A DNA stretch of 64,000 nucleotides, from NCBI RefSeq assembly GCF_030144855.1, contig NC_082721.1, forward strand, positions 56,792,001 to 56,856,000. The letters run 5' to 3'. Source of the DNA: Hypanus sabinus. Its lineage: Eukaryota. How positions within the stretch are numbered: the stretch's first letter is position 1; each line of letters opens with the position of its first letter. A program made the position numbers and the translations under genes. This document shows positions 1 through 13,785 of this stretch, one piece after another. The notes under the pieces are model-generated. The model worked only from the letters and a program-made list of their open reading frames with translations. It searched no databases and was not told the origin of the DNA.

Positions 1-104
1 CAAGACACACACATCCCCAAAACCAACAAGCTCAGAAGGGAAATCCGAGCCATCCAGGTGTAATAATTTAAAAGACGAAAGCAAAGCATCAGCTAATGCT
101 ACAG

Positions 105-430
105 AAAGTACATAAGGCCGTAAGACATAAGAGCAGAATTGGGCCATTCAGCCTATCAATCATGGCTGATTTATTTTCCCTCAACCCCATTCTCATGCCT
201 TCTTTCTTCCTGTAACCACTGATGCCCTTATTAATCAAGAACCTATCAACCTCTACTTTAAATGTCTTGGCCTACACATATGTTTGTGGCAATGAATTCC
301 AGATTCATCATCCTCTGGCTAAAGAAATTCCTCATCTCTCTTCTAAAGGGAACTCCTATTCTGAGGTTGTGCCCTCTGGTCCTAAACTCTCCCACTACTA
401 GAAACATCTTCTGGGTGTACGCACTAACTA
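105..430 (-). mobile_element. CR1-type LINE 3' fragment
   Basis: Reverse complement resembles the 3' end of the CR1 copies at 56687-57240 and 62426-64000. Confidence 0.75.
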
Positions 431-1839
431 GATATTGAGGTATGAAACTGGTAACATGCCAATTATGCGCAGATTAAGGTGAGAGATAAATTGCATGGAT
501 GCCATCATTTATCATTTGTCATCCACTCCATTATATCACCTGATTCTCAAATTTTCCTTTTTGGACATGAGGACACTCAGGATGTCCCTTAAAAAACAAC
601 ACCTCTAAAATGGCACAAAGTCAGCAACATATTAACTGTTCGAGGACAACAGCCCACAAGTTTAAATGTGATTCAGCTCCCCCTATGTACAGCAGAATGA
701 TTTATCATTTGCATAACATCAGAGGTGTTCTGACTGCAAGAACTAGAATGGTCATGGTGTTGCAATGACTTAACCTAAAACTTTCTTGTACATCATTTTT
801 AGGAGCCACTGGGTAGAGTGCCTCAGGAACAGTGTAAAAAGTGAATTTGATGTAGAAAAATCCAGTTTCTAAAAACAAACATCTATTAAGAGGTACATTC
901 TTAGAAAGGCGCATGTATGAAAGAAAAGTGGAGGGCTGTGGAAGGGAAGGATTAGATTGATCTTAGTGTAGATTAAAAGTATGGCACAACATTCTACTCT
1001 TTTAAGCTCTCTGTTAGAAAAGTGTCCACAGTTGACTTCAACTTCCCTAATATCGATTGGCATCTCATATTAAGGCACAACAATCTAGGTTTAAACTTAA
1101 TGTTTAATCTTGTCTCATCTAATGCTTTCTCCTCTTCCCAGTGGAGAACCCTTGGTGAAATAAGGCTTCTACTGGACCTGAGTCTTATGACAATGCTATC
1201 CATCTACAGACAAACTCACGAGCTGATGCACACTTTTAGGTGCAGCCTGGTGAATGGCACCAGGAGCAAGAATCTTGTTGGATTTCATTCCCATCCATTT
1301 CCTAACCATGGACTTCTAACCCTGCTGTAGCACTCCCAAAAGCAGTGTGATTATATTAATGCCCTGGACCAACCCTAAATAGCAACCACCACACCATCCC
1401 CCCCTCACAACCTTACAATTCCTTCCAGAGATCTTCTTGTGTACAGGCATTCACCAGAAAACTCTGCCTTATAGTCTTATAGAAATACAGGACAGAAACA
1501 GGCTCTTTGGCCCATCAACTTTCTCCTGGACCATACCCCTCCATCAATGTACTTATCCAAGCTTTCCTTAAATGCTGAAATCAAACCCACATCCATCACT
1601 TCTGCTGGCAGCTTGTTCCTCACTCACACCCCTCTGAGTGAAGTAGTTTCCCTTTAAGTTCCCCTTAAACATTTCACCTTTAATCCATGGCCTCGAGTTC
1701 TAGTCTCACCCAACCTCAGTGGAAAAAGTCTGTTTGCATTTAACTTAGCTATATCCCTCATAAAGAAAATTAAACAATTTTTTTGGCAACCATTAATAGT
1801 TATTTAGCTTAACTAATTTCAAACATGAGTTTTGTCTAC

Positions 1840-1990
1840 CTGAGAGATGAAAGGACTGATCTGATTCTTAATCTGCATCAACCTCCCCAGACCCCTCTCG
1901 ACAATCGTTGGGAAGTTCAAGAGTCGCAGTGTGTGTCCTGTCGGTGCTGTATCAAACACCACCACTGAGAAATTCATTCCTTTCACCAGT
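1840..1990 (-). CDS. GET3: GET3 coding exon 4 (switch II, DTAPTGH)
   Basis: Acceptor ttacag|A, donor CAG|GTAGAC; 151 nt; encodes [50 protein letters not shown]. Confidence 0.97.
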
Positions 1991-2370
1991 CTGTAAATTA
2001 GATGCAAACAGTTATTAAACCAGGAAGACTCTTCCAAAGGCACATACACTAGATAATGGAGAAACTCAACAGGTTAGGCAGCATCTATGGAGGGAATGTA
2101 TAGTCAACGTTTCAGGTTGAGACCCTTCATCAAGATTGAAAAGGAAGGAGGAAGAAGCCAGACTAATTAATGTTAATTAATTTGTGTTTATCAGCCTGTA
2201 GCCCTGCATGTTATTTGTAGCTTTACTCTGCAGATACATACTGCGTGATATACGCGGAGGGAATCAGTCACAATTAATTACTCTTAAAGAGCATGGCAGA
2301 GCATAATCTTTCACAATTGATGAAAAGTTATTGAACAAAAGGAGTTCTAAACCAGGAGACTGTTGTAAAG

Positions 2371-2605
2371 GAACACAAAGTACTGGAGGAACTCAGCAGG
2401 CCATGCAGCATCAATGGAGGGAAATAAAAATCAACATTTCAGACAAGAACCTTCATCATGACCAGAAAGGAAGGACAAAGAAGCCAGAAGGCTTTGGCAC
2501 AAAACACCGACTGTTAATTCCTCTCCATAGATGCTGCCTGACCTGCTGAATTCCTCCAGGATTTTGTGAGATCTTCTGGATTTCCAGCATCTACAGAATC
2601 TCATA
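2371..2605. repeat. Penelope-derived inverted (hairpin) end element
   Basis: Arms ctggaggaactcagcagg...atggag and ctccatagatgctgcctgacctgctgaattcctccag are reverse complements. Confidence 0.7.
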
Positions 2606-4316
2606 CTTGACTATTCTAAAGCTGCTTTCTGCATCGAGTTGGAAACCCTCGCACACAGATTTTTCACTGCCAGTCCAAAAAAAATCTGCCTATCTCATAA
2701 CTCAGACTCTCAAATACATTTCATGGAATAAGCAGTGGGATGGCAGTCATGCTGCTAGGGCTTCTCTCTTTGGAGTGAAGGAGGATCAGAGGTGACTTGA
2801 CAGACCTATACATGATAAGAGACAGATACAGTGGGCAGCCTGAGACTTTTTCCCAGGGCAGAAATGGCTAATCCCCGGGGGGGGGGGAAGCATAAGGGCA
2901 TAACTTTAATATGTTTGGAAGAAAGTATGGGGGGGGGGGGGTGTTATTGGAGAGCAATAAGTGTGCTAGAAGTGGTAGGGCAGATATGTTAGTAGCACTT
3001 AAGACTCTTAAATACGTACATGAAAGAAAAATGGAGGGTTATGTAAGAGGGTTAGATCAGAGTAGGTTTAAAACATCTGTCCACCATTGTGGTCTGAAGA
3101 GCCAGTACTGTACTGTGCTGTAATGCTCTAAAATCTCAAAGGCTTGGGATAGAGTGTGCAGCAATGAAACCCACATATTTATGCCACTGTTAATGTTGGG
3201 TTGTATGGGATATCCCAGGAGGGGTAACAGCTCCACTGAAAGGGGTTTCATGTGCACTCTGGGGCAACTCACTCACCTTTAGTCTCCACCCTACACTCCG
3301 TTCTCATTGATGCCTCTAAGTAGCTGTTGCATACAACAGCCACATCCCAACAAGCCGCCTTAACAGGCAGGCTAAACCAGCTGACAGGCCTCATACCCTA
3401 GGACATAGGGGTATGAGCACACACCTATCCTAGCATACAAAGTCAGCTCCGGTGGACTGGCAAATGAGATCTACAATGAGATCAAATGGCCAGGAAGGCA
3501 GCTCCACAATGCTCCATAAAGAATGAAGGGCATGACAAGGTGCAGAAGTAGTCATGGTCATCCATTGCAACCATGTAAGATCCCAGTTGTGATGACTACT
3601 CGTACCACTGGATTCAGACTTCCCAGTGCAACTGCTTTTCCTTCTTAAAACCTCTCCTGCACAGGTTTCCTGTCATTATGAGATATGACAGACAGCCACC
3701 AATGTTCTACTTGCAACTCCCTGCATCTTAGTTCATCTAACACTATTAGTACATACATCCTATTCTCATTTTACAAACCACCTCACAATTCAAAATGTCC
3801 TGAACTGGACATTCACCTCACTATCACCTACTTTTGTGCTTGCAAGCTGCACATCAAAGAGCTTCATTCTTAGCTTATGCACCCAAAAACCTTGGACAGG
3901 TTCTCCTTCCATCACTTCCCACTCCCCAACGCCCCTCTGCCAATATGCCCTCCTGCAGATCTTCAAGTGGCTTAAAAGGATTTCCACTACTGCTTGATCA
4001 TAAATCCATTTCAATCATCGACTACTCTTTTGCCTTAACACTTCGCTGATGTAAGTTTTTTCTTGTAATAGAAATTCACATAAATTAAGAGCGAGATCAC
4101 TCATGAATATTTTTATTATATCCCACATAAATTTCAATGCCCAAAACTAACAGAAAGATCCTTCTCATCATTTCACTATACAGAAAAGATCAACTGAGCA
4201 GTTCCTGAAGCAACAATCCTGTTAAGAGGCAAAGCCTAGGATTTGCTTTCAGCCAGTGACTGAGCAAATTGCAAATGGCCAAGTTAGAAGACTGACCCTA
4301 TTCCCCAGCATATTAC

Positions 4317-4465
4317 CTCATAACTTCAGCATAGCTCATTGCTTCATCGATGCCTGGGAATGCACTCATCGCCTCCTGCATCATCTTCTTGCCCATGCTC
4401 AACATATTGTCTTCTTCAAAAAATTCATCTGGTAATTCAGCTACACCCAGGCTTGGATCAATTTC
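4317..4465 (-). CDS. GET3: GET3 coding exon 3
   Basis: Acceptor gagcag|GAA, donor AG|GTAATA; 149 nt; encodes [49 protein letters not shown]. Confidence 0.97.
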
Positions 4466-4780
4466 CTGCTCAATGCAACAGAAAAACAACCAAGCTTGAA
4501 GTTTTCATCATGGAAACCAAATTCATACATGATTTGAAATGCCACAAATTGGATTTCTTCAAATAGGTAAGAGAAATCCTGTTGAGTATTAGGAGTTCCT
4601 AGATCTAACACCTGCATATAGAGTTAATTGAAGCAGGGTATACTAATTGGCCTCAACACTAGACACTGCATTTGGTAATGTTGATATTCTCAACTAGAGT
4701 GAAGATGACTGGATAAGACATGTTCGCGACCACACTACTATTATGGTTCAGATTTCAACCACACAACTTGTTTGCATCCA

Positions 4781-4932
4781 TGCTGGAGAAACTCAGCAGG
4801 TCAGGCACCATCCTTGGAAAGGAATAAACAGTGGGCATTTCAGGCCGAGATCATTTATCAGGACTCAGCCTGAAACGTTGAATGTTTATTCCTCTCCATA
4901 AATAACGCCTGACCTGCTGAGTTCCTCCAGCA
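4781..4932. repeat. Penelope-derived palindromic element (about 150-nt hairpin)
   Basis: tgctggagaaactcagcaggtcaggc...gcctgacctgctgagttcctccagca imperfect palindrome centred near 4855. Confidence 0.75.
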
Positions 4933-5329
4933 TTTTGTGTGTGTTGGTCTGGATTTCCAGCTACTCTTAGAACAATTATTTGCTTATCAAATTAACTGTT
5001 TGGTATACAGTAGTTTGGCTTAAAGTCAAGAGCTGTATCCCAACCCGTTCCCAAATCACTGGCTGACATAATAGCTGCTGTTTTTGAACCACTTGCTCTG
5101 CCCTTTAACAAGGTTCTGGTGGGCATAACTAACTTCAGTCCAGCAGCCTTATCTACCCACTTCAACTCCTTGTTTACCAACTAACGCAAATATCACTTGC
5201 AGATTTATAGAGTTAAGTTATCCCTCAATCTTCTAAGTTCAATGAACAAAGCCAAATTCATGCAATCCAATCCCACATTTTAAACCCATCCAGCATCTTG
5301 ATAAAGAATACTAGTCATGTGTATTGCTC

Positions 5330-6310
5330 TTGAAGTCAAATGCTCCAGTAAGTCTTCATGTTAATAAGAGTTTTATCTGAAAATGCAGACCAAACCAAAA
5401 TGAAGAAAAAAGAGCATTCAAGGCAATTCAGGGAAGTAAAAGCAGAGAACCATAAATCTGGAGAAGACCAGCTCAAAGGCACCGACTGTACCTCAGAGAG
5501 TGCAGTCCATCATGAAAAAGTGGAAAAAATATGATACCACAGCAACAATGCATAGGTCAGGCTGCCCCATCAATTTAGTCTCTGAAGAACTGCATTTGTA
5601 AGAAAGGCTACTGTAATGCCAACACTCACTCTAAGTGCACTGCAGAAGTCAGTGGTTACAACTGGAGATGAAGTTCAAGTCTCCACAAGTTCTCAGGCCT
5701 TGCACAAAAAGAGCATTTATAAAAGAGTGGCAAGTTAAAAGCCCTGGCTTAAAAAAAATCCTTGCCCATAAAGACTTTGCAAAGAGCAACTCAGGAGGTG
5801 TGGAAGAAGGTCTTGTGGTCAGATGAGACTAAATGGAATATTTCAGCCTCAACACTAAGAGGTAAGTGTGGCATAAATCCAGTATTAGATAACCTCGCCC
5901 AGAGAGCTTAAACTGGGGAGTAAGTTCATCTTTCACCAGGACAATGATCCAAACCACACTTCCAGAGCAACCATGGAGTGGCTACAATTGAAGAAAATTG
6001 ATGTTCTTTGGTGACCCAGTTAAAGAGTCCTGACAACCCAATCAGCAAGACCTCAAGATTGCTGTCCACCTTTGCTCCCCAACTAATCTGGCACAGCTTG
6101 AGCAATTTTACGAGTAATGGGCAAACACTGCACCATCACATTATGCAAAGCTAATAGGCTTATCCAAAATATCTGCAAAAGGTGATTTAACCAAGTATTG
6201 AGCAAAGGGGGAATGAATACTTTTGAACTACTGACATTCCAGTTTTTTAATTTTGGTTTTTCATGCTGTACAATTTTCCCTGATTTTTGGGCTGTACTAA
6301 AAAGGAGTAC
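5330..6310 (+). mobile_element. Decayed Tc1/mariner transposon
   Basis: Fragments KVLWSDETK (about 5808-5834) and FIFHQDNDPNHTS (about 5926-5964) of a Tc1 DDE transposase; frameshifted. Confidence 0.85.
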
Positions 6311-6448
6311 GTTCAAAATAAATTCAAGTACATTATTAAATTCAAAATAAATTTATTATCAAAGTACCTATAGAGCTGCGAGAAAAAGTTTGTGAACCCT
6401 TTGCAATCACCTGGTTTTCCACATTAATTACTCATAAAATGTGGTCTG

Positions 6449-8104
6449 GATTCCTTAGACTCTATTATTTTGTCATATCTGTGGCAGAATAAGCGCGCTA
6501 GAATTAATAAAATCCATCTCCAAAAATCTAAAAAAGAGGGTGGCATGGCTTTATCTAACTTTCGTTTATATTATTGGGCAGCTAATATACGTTTGTGCTA
6601 CCTTCTGGTCTTTCTTCCATGGCCAACCCGAGTGCCCTAACTGGGTGGCGATGGAGCTGAGCTCCACTAAAGAATTATCTATCTCTGCACTTCTTGGCTC
6701 TGCACTCCCTAGTAGTCTGCCCAGATCAATAGCTAATCCTCTTGTTAGACACACTTTGCGTATATGGGCTCAGATCAGGAAATGCTATGGTTTCCAGGGG
6801 TTTTCCGTTTCCAGCCCTATTGCTCATAATCACCTTTTTTTACCTACTACATACGATTCAGCATTCCAGGTTTGGTATAGGAAGGGCATTAGACATTTTG
6901 AAGATCTTTTCATTGATAATCGCTTCGCTTCTTTTCAGCAGCTCTCTGTTAAGTTCAATCTGCCCAATGCTCATTTTTTCAGATATCTCCAAATCCGACA
7001 CTTTATTGCTCCTTTAATTCCTAACTTCCCTGAAATGCCTGTGAAAAATGCTATGGACCTATTTCTTTCCATGAATCCACTAGGTAAAGGCTTAATATCA
7101 ATCATCCGAGATAAACTAGCGGCCTTACGACGGGCCCCCATGGATAAAATCAAAATGGCCTGGGAGCAGGATTTAAATATCTCCTTATCTGAGGAGAGCT
7201 GGGATTCAGTTCTCAAATCGGTTAACTCAACCTCTCTATGTGCTCGCCACTGCCTCTTACAGTTTAAGATTGTTCATAGAGCCCATATGTCTAAATCTAA
7301 ACTATCTCGATTCTACCCTAGCGTTAGTCCGCTCTGTGATAAATGCAAGAGGGGCGTGGCCTCTCTCATCCATATGTACTGGTTCTGTCCTAGCTTGGAG
7401 AAATTCTGGAAAGATGGCTTCACTACGTTATCGTGTATTCTGAAACAGCACCTAGAACCATACCCCTTAATTGCTCTGTTCGGTTTTTGGGGCAAGACAG
7501 ATTTATGTCTGGGTCCGACCAAATGCTGAATATTATCCTTTGCCTCTCTTCTGGCTAGACGCTTGATCCTCCTCAGATGGAGATGCTGCCCCGCCCACTC
7601 ATGCTCAAAGGCTTAACGACATCATGGCCTGTTTGGACCTCGAAAAAATTCATTATTCAGTTCTCAATTCGGATCTAAAGTTCCATAAGGTCTGGGGACC
7701 TTTTATCGAGTACTTTCATAACCTTCCTCTTGACTAGGGTTTTTTTTTCCTCTTCGGTCCCTTGCTTTCAGCTCCTTTTTTTTCTGGTAGAAGGCATTAT
7801 TATCCTCTGTTGCTGAGTGTATTCACAGTCTAGGAGCTTTGCTGTCCTGACTTATACTCTCTACATTGTGTTGTGGTTGGTCTGGAGTTGCTGTTGTTTT
7901 TTCTTGTGTTGTGGGGCTTGGGGAGGACACTAAGCTTACTTGTCTTTAATTTAGGTGCTTTTTTTTTTGCTAAATTCTCTTCCTTTGTAACATATTGTTA
8001 TTGTATGCTTAATTTTGCACTGTTTTAATGTTCCTCATTGGGATTTGGGGTTTTTAATTTGTAAAATGTTTTGAAAAACTATATAAAAAAATTTTTTTTA
8101 AAAA
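6449..8104 (+). mobile_element. 5'-truncated L1-clade LINE (ORF2 C-terminus, 3' UTR, A-rich tail)
   Basis: LWQNKRARI...KKEGGMALSNFRLYYWA, then ORF 6540-7529 with CDKC...HMYWFC knuckle; TSD GTGGTCTG at 6441-6448 and 8105-8112. Confidence 0.9.
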
Positions 8105-9226
8105 GTGGTCTGATCTTCATCTAAGTCACAATTTTAGGCAAACACCATCGGCCTAAACTATTAACACACAAACAATTGTACTACTTGTCAATACTGAGTA
8201 CACCAATTAAACAATCTCAGTCTAGGTTCAAAAAAAGTATGTGAACCTCTGGGGTAATGCCTTCTACAGAAGTTTATTTGGAGCCAGGTGTTCCAAGCAA
8301 TGAGATGAGCTAGAAGGTGTTGGTTGTAGAGGTATCCTGCCCAATTTAAAAAAAGTCACACAAAGTCACGTTACTGACAGAGCCTGTTCTTCTCAACAAA
8401 AATCTGTTTATGTGTACCATGCCTCGATCAAAACAACTTTCAGAGGACTTATAGAAGAATTGTAAAGACGCATAAAGCTGGAAAAAGCTATAAAAGCATT
8501 TCTAAAGACCTGAGTGTTCATCAGTCCACAGTAAAAGAAAATGTCTACAAATGGAGGAACAGCAAAAGAACAGTAGAAATCTCTAGAACTGCTCTTGTGT
8601 CTACTATATGAAAAACACTGAACAATAATGGTGTTCATAGAAGGTGATCATGGAAGAAACCACTACTCTCCAAACAAAAACATTCCTGCATGCCTCAAGT
8701 TTCCAAAAGACCACCTGGATGTTCTGTGGACAGATGAGACAAAAGTTAACACAAAATACTCTGCAGATGCTGGGGTCAAAGCAACACGCGCAAAACTTTT
8801 TGGCAGAAATACACACTAAACTCCACTATGCTTAAAGGTAAAAGGGCACTGCACACTAAAACCAAAACCTCATCAACTGTGAAGTACGGTGGAAGGAGCA
8901 ACATGGTTTGGGGCTGTTTTGCTTGCAATTGTTGGGGAACAACGAATTCAAAGTTGTATTAAAACATTTTACAAATGTCAGGGTAGGGGTCCATCACCTG
9001 AAGCTTAATAGAAATTGGATGATGCAACAAGAAAATGATCCAAAACACAAGAGTAAGTCATCAACAGAATGGTTTACAAAGAAGAAATTTTATGTTTTGG
9101 AATGGCCAAGTCAAGAGTCCAGACTTTAACCCAATTCAGATGTTGTAGCTTGACTTGGAAAGGGCAGTTCACGCAAGGTATCACTAAAAACATTGATCAA
9201 CTGAAACTGTTTTGCATGGAGGAATG

Positions 9227-10702
9227 ACAGACAGGCAAACATACTTTATTGATCCCAAGGGAAATTGGGTTTCGTTACAGTCGCACCAACCAAGAATAGT
9301 GTAGAAATATAGCAATATAAAACCATAAATAATTAAATAATAATAAGTAAATTATTCCAAGTGGAAATAATTCCAGGACCAGCCTATTGGCTCAGGGTGT
9401 CTGACACTGCAAGGGAGGAGTTGTAAAGTTTGATGGCAGGAATGACTTCCTATGACGCTCAGTGTTACATCTCGGTGGAATGAGTCTCTGGCTGAATGTA
9501 CTCCTGTGCCTAACCAGTACATTATGGAGTGGATGGGAGACATTGTCCAAGATGGCATGCAACTTGGACAGCATCCTCTTTTCAGACACCACCGTCAGAG
9601 TCCAGTTCCACCCCCACATCATCACTGGCCTTACGAATGAGTTTGATTCTATTGGTGTCTGCTACCCTCAGCCTGTTGCCCCAGTACACAACAGCAAACA
9701 TGATAGCACTGGCCACCACAGACTCGTAGAACATCCTCAGCATCGTCCGGCAGATGTTAACGGACCTCAGTCTCCTCAGGAAATAGAGACGGCTCTGACC
9801 CTTCTTGTAGACAGCCTCAGCGTTCTTTGACCAGTCCAGTTTATTGTCAATTCGTATCCCCAGGTATTTGTAATCCTCCACCATGTCCACACTGACCCCT
9901 TGGATGGAAACAGGGGTCACCGGTGCCTTAGCCCTCCTCAGATCCACCACCAGCTCCTTAGTCTTTTTCACATTAAGCTGCAGATGATTCTGCTCACACC
10001 ATGTGACAAAGTTTCCCACTGTAGCCCTGTACTCCGCCTCATCTCCCTTGCTGATGCATCCAACTATGGCAGAGTCATCAGAATACTGACGATGGCAAGA
10101 CCCTGTGCAGTAGCTGAAGTCCAAGGTGTAGACGGTGAAGAGAAAGGGAGACAGGACAGTCCACTGTGGAGCCCCAGTGCTGCTGACCACTCTGTCTGAC
10201 ACACAGTGTTGCAAGCACACGTACTGTGGTCTGCCAGTCAGGTAATCAATAATCCATGACACCAGGGAAGCATCCACGTGCATCACTGTCAGCTTCTCAC
10301 CCAGCAGAGCAGGGCAGATGGTGTTGAATGCACTGGAGAAGTCAAAAAACATGACCCTCACAGTGCTCACCGGCTTGTCCAGGTGGGCGTAGACACAATT
10401 CAGCAGGTAGACGATGGCATCCTCAACTCCTAGTCGGGGCTGGTAGGCGAACTGGAGGGGGTCTAAGTGTGGCCTAACCATAGGCCGGAGCTGCTCTAGA
10501 ACAAGTCTCTCCAGGGTCTTCATGATGTGGGAGGTCAGTGCCACCGATCTGTAGTCATTGGAGCCACTGGGGTCTTCGGTACAGGGACGATGCAGGATGT
10601 CTTCCACAGCACAAGAACCCTATGGAGACTCAGACTCAGGTTGAAGACATGATGAAGTACTCCACATAGCTGGGGGGCACAGGCTTTGAGCACCCTAGGG
10701 CT
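9227..10702 (-). mobile_element. 5'-truncated Rex1/Babar-type LINE (reverse transcriptase)
   Basis: ORF 9582-10607: YRSVALTSHIMKTLE, DPLQFAY, FFDFSSAFNTI, YSDD, YKYLG; TSD GAGGAATG at 9219-9226 and 10703-10710. Confidence 0.92.
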
Positions 10703-10916
10703 GAGGAATGGTCTAAAATATCTCCTTGCTATTGTGTAAGTCTGATCAACAGCTACAGGAAACACTTGGTGGAGGATAATTGCTGCTAAAGAAGGTTCTA
10801 CCAGTTATTAAGTACAAGGGTTCACATATTTTTTTCAGTCTGGACTGTGAATGATTAAACAGTGTAGCCATGGAAAGTACAATTGTATGTGTGTTATTAG
10901 TTTAGGCAGATTGTCC

Positions 10917-12250
10917 TGGACCCTGGCACCCAGAAGGCAACATACCATCTGGGAATCTCATTCCCGTCCACAGAACCTTTCTATTGCCCTAACTAATGAA
11001 TCCCATATCACCACAGCTTGCTTTGTCTTTCCTTTCCCTTCTGAGTTACAGAGCCAGACTTAATGACAGATACCTGACCACTATGACTTTCCTCTGGTGT
11101 CCAAAGTTGTTGAGGGGAATAACCACAGGGTACTCTACATAAACTGTTTAATCCATTTTCCCTTCCTAACTGTCATCACCTTGGGTCTAACTACCCTGCT
11201 CAATGTTCTATCACTCCCTCTGCCCTCCCGTATGAATTCATCCAGTTCCAGCTCCAACTCCTTAACATGAGGGTAAGAAGCTGCAGGTGGATGCACCTCC
11301 CTCAGTTGATGCCGTCAGGGACACTGGAGGACTCTCTGCCTTTCCCACATCCTGCAAGAGAAGCATTCAACTATCCTCCCTGGCAACCCTACTGTTCAAC
11401 TGCAAATATAAAGAAAGCCTCCAGAATCATTCTGGAAAACAGTGATTCTTGAAAGATCATTACGAACACCACTGCAATCTCTTCAATGACAACTTTCAGA
11501 ACCCTGGGGTGTAGTCCATCTGGTCCATGCAACTTATCTACCTTCAGACCTTCTAGTTTCCAAAGTAATTTCTCCTTAGTAGGAGCAACTACACTCACTT
11601 ATGTCTCCTGACACCCTCACAAATTTCTGGCATAGTGCTGGTGTCTCCCATGCAAAATATTTAGGACCATAGCCCTCTTTATCTTTACCATTCATGAACC
11701 TATCCAAACTTCTCTTAAACATTGAAATCAATCTTGCATGCACCACTTTGCGTTGGCCGCTTTCACAATCTCATGACCCTCTGAGTGAAGAAGTTTTCTC
11801 TTATGTTCTCCTTAAACTTTTCAGCTTACATCCTTAACCCTATACACCCGCCATTTCTTTATTCCCTATTACTGCCTCTCATGTCATTTTTCAGTGGTCC
11901 GATGTCCACTCTCGTCTCTCTTTTACTCTGTTAAAAAAAACTTCTGGTATTCTCTTTTATATTACTGGTTAGCTTGCCTTCATATTTCATCTTTTATCCT
12001 TATTGCTTCTTAGTTGCCTTCTGTTGGTTTTTAAGAGCTTCCAAATCTTCCAGCTTCCCACTAATTTTTGCTATGTTGTACATCCTTTCTTTTGCTCTTA
12101 TGCTGTCTGACATCCCTTGTCAGCTACAATTGTCTCATGCTCCCTTTAGAATGCTTCTTTTTGAAAAACTCAAACTCCTGACATTGCTACTCTACTGTTA
12201 GTCCTCCTAGTGACCCCTTCCAATCAATTTTGACCAGTTCTTCTCATGCC
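10917..12250 (-). mobile_element. Cluster of decayed CR1 fragments
   Basis: LKVDKLHGPDGLHPRVLK (ORF 11389-11598), plus CR1 upstream and 3'-end-like pieces. Confidence 0.75.
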
Positions 12251-13594
12251 TCTTGCAGCATGCTTCAGGATCAGGACACCAGGTCGAGACCGGTTATGTT
12301 TGTCAGCCAGAGTCTGTCGCCCTCCAAGAAAAACTATCCCATGCACAAATTGGAATTTCTGGCATTGAAATGGGTGGTGGTGGATCAGCTGAGTGACTAC
12401 CTCTACGGGGCCAAGTTTGAGGTGAGGACGAACAACAACCCCCTTATATTCTGACCTCAGTGAAACTGGATGCCAGAGGCCATCAGTGGTTGGCAGCGTT
12501 GTCTGCCTATGATTTCAGCCTGAAGTACCGGTCGGGAAGCCGGAATATTGATGCTGAAGCTTTGTTCCGACAGGTGCACAAGGGACTGGACAGGGACACG
12601 GAGTGGGAGAGCGTTCCTGCTCCAGGGGTGAAGGCCCTGTTTGCCATCACTGTGAAGGCAGAGGAAAAGGAGGGACAGGATCGAGAGTTAGATCACTTGG
12701 GAGCTTCTGATGACGCCATTCCCCAAGTTTATTGTAACCTGACTGCTCTGAAGACAAATCAGTTGCTGGAATTGAGTTTTGGAGAAGTGGCAACTGCTCA
12801 GCAAGATGACCCAGACATCAGTATCATTTGGTCTGTGGTCAAAAAGTGAGACATGGCTCAGGCAGAGAAGACAAAATACGCTGCAGTGCCTCCATTTCTG
12901 AGAGAATGCCCTCAGTTGGAGTTGTGGAACCAGATCCTATACCAGGTCACGTCATCCTTCGACCGACCTCGGCGCTGAAGCTACTGGGTACTCGCCATAT
13001 TATCTGATGTTTGGGCACAAGGCAAGGCTGCCCATTGACCTTTGTTTTGGGGCTAACAGGGGTGACTTACCACTGCTTCTGTCGGAGAAGTATCGGAGGA
13101 TACATTAAAGTTGCTTTATGATGATTCTGGACTTTTGGGGGTTGAAAAGACCTATAGATTGCTCAGAGACAGGTGTTACTGACCCTGAATGAAGTTGGAG
13201 GTCAAAGAATAGTGCAAGTCGTGCATTCGATGCATACGGTGGAAGACACTGCCTACACAGGCAACTCCCTTGTCCCACTTGCAGAGTGCGGGGCCCCTGG
13301 ACCCGTCAACAGAACCCGATGCCGGCAACACATGAATGTCTTAGTCATCATGGACCATTACACCAGTTATGCACAGGCTTTTCCTACCAAGGACCAGAGG
13401 TCATCTATGGTGGCCAAAGTATTACCTTTATTATGGCCTTCCTGGGCTGATACATAGTGATTAGGGATGGGATTTCGAGAGCAGATTCATCCAAGAGTTA
13501 CTGGGCATGCTTGGAGTCGAGGACCACATTCTATCACCCACAAGGTTCGGGACCCAGAAGATCAGCAAGAAGAGCAGGTGGAGTCAACATATTG

Positions 13595-13785
13595 TGCATG
13601 AAATGGGCTGCCAGCGACGGTGGTGGAGGCTGATACGATAGAGTCTTTTTAGAGACTCCTGGACAGGTATATGGGCTTAGAAGAGGGTTATGGATAACCC
13701 CTGGTAATTTCTAAAGTAAGGACATATTCAGCACAGCTTTGTGGGCCAAAGGGCCTGTATTGTGCTGTAGGTTTTCTATGTTTCT
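13595..13785 (+). mobile_element. CR1 3' fragment inserted in gypsy integrase
   Basis: Tail gttttctatgtttct; ATATTG duplicated on both sides; integrase WSQHI|GHLIH rejoins across it. Confidence 0.8.

Larger units (their letters stand above)
6372..10916 (+). mobile_element. Second decayed Tc1 element, interrupted by L1 and Rex1 insertions
   Basis: End-like aaagtttgtgaaccc near 6386; VLWTDETKV and MMQQENDPKHKSKS...LEWPSQ motifs; sequence rejoins across both insertions at their TSDs. Confidence 0.85.

Noticed and set aside
3175-3680. Possible repeat or structured RNA in GET3 intron 3
   Set aside because: Looks repeat-derived but I cannot assign a family or structure from sequence alone.
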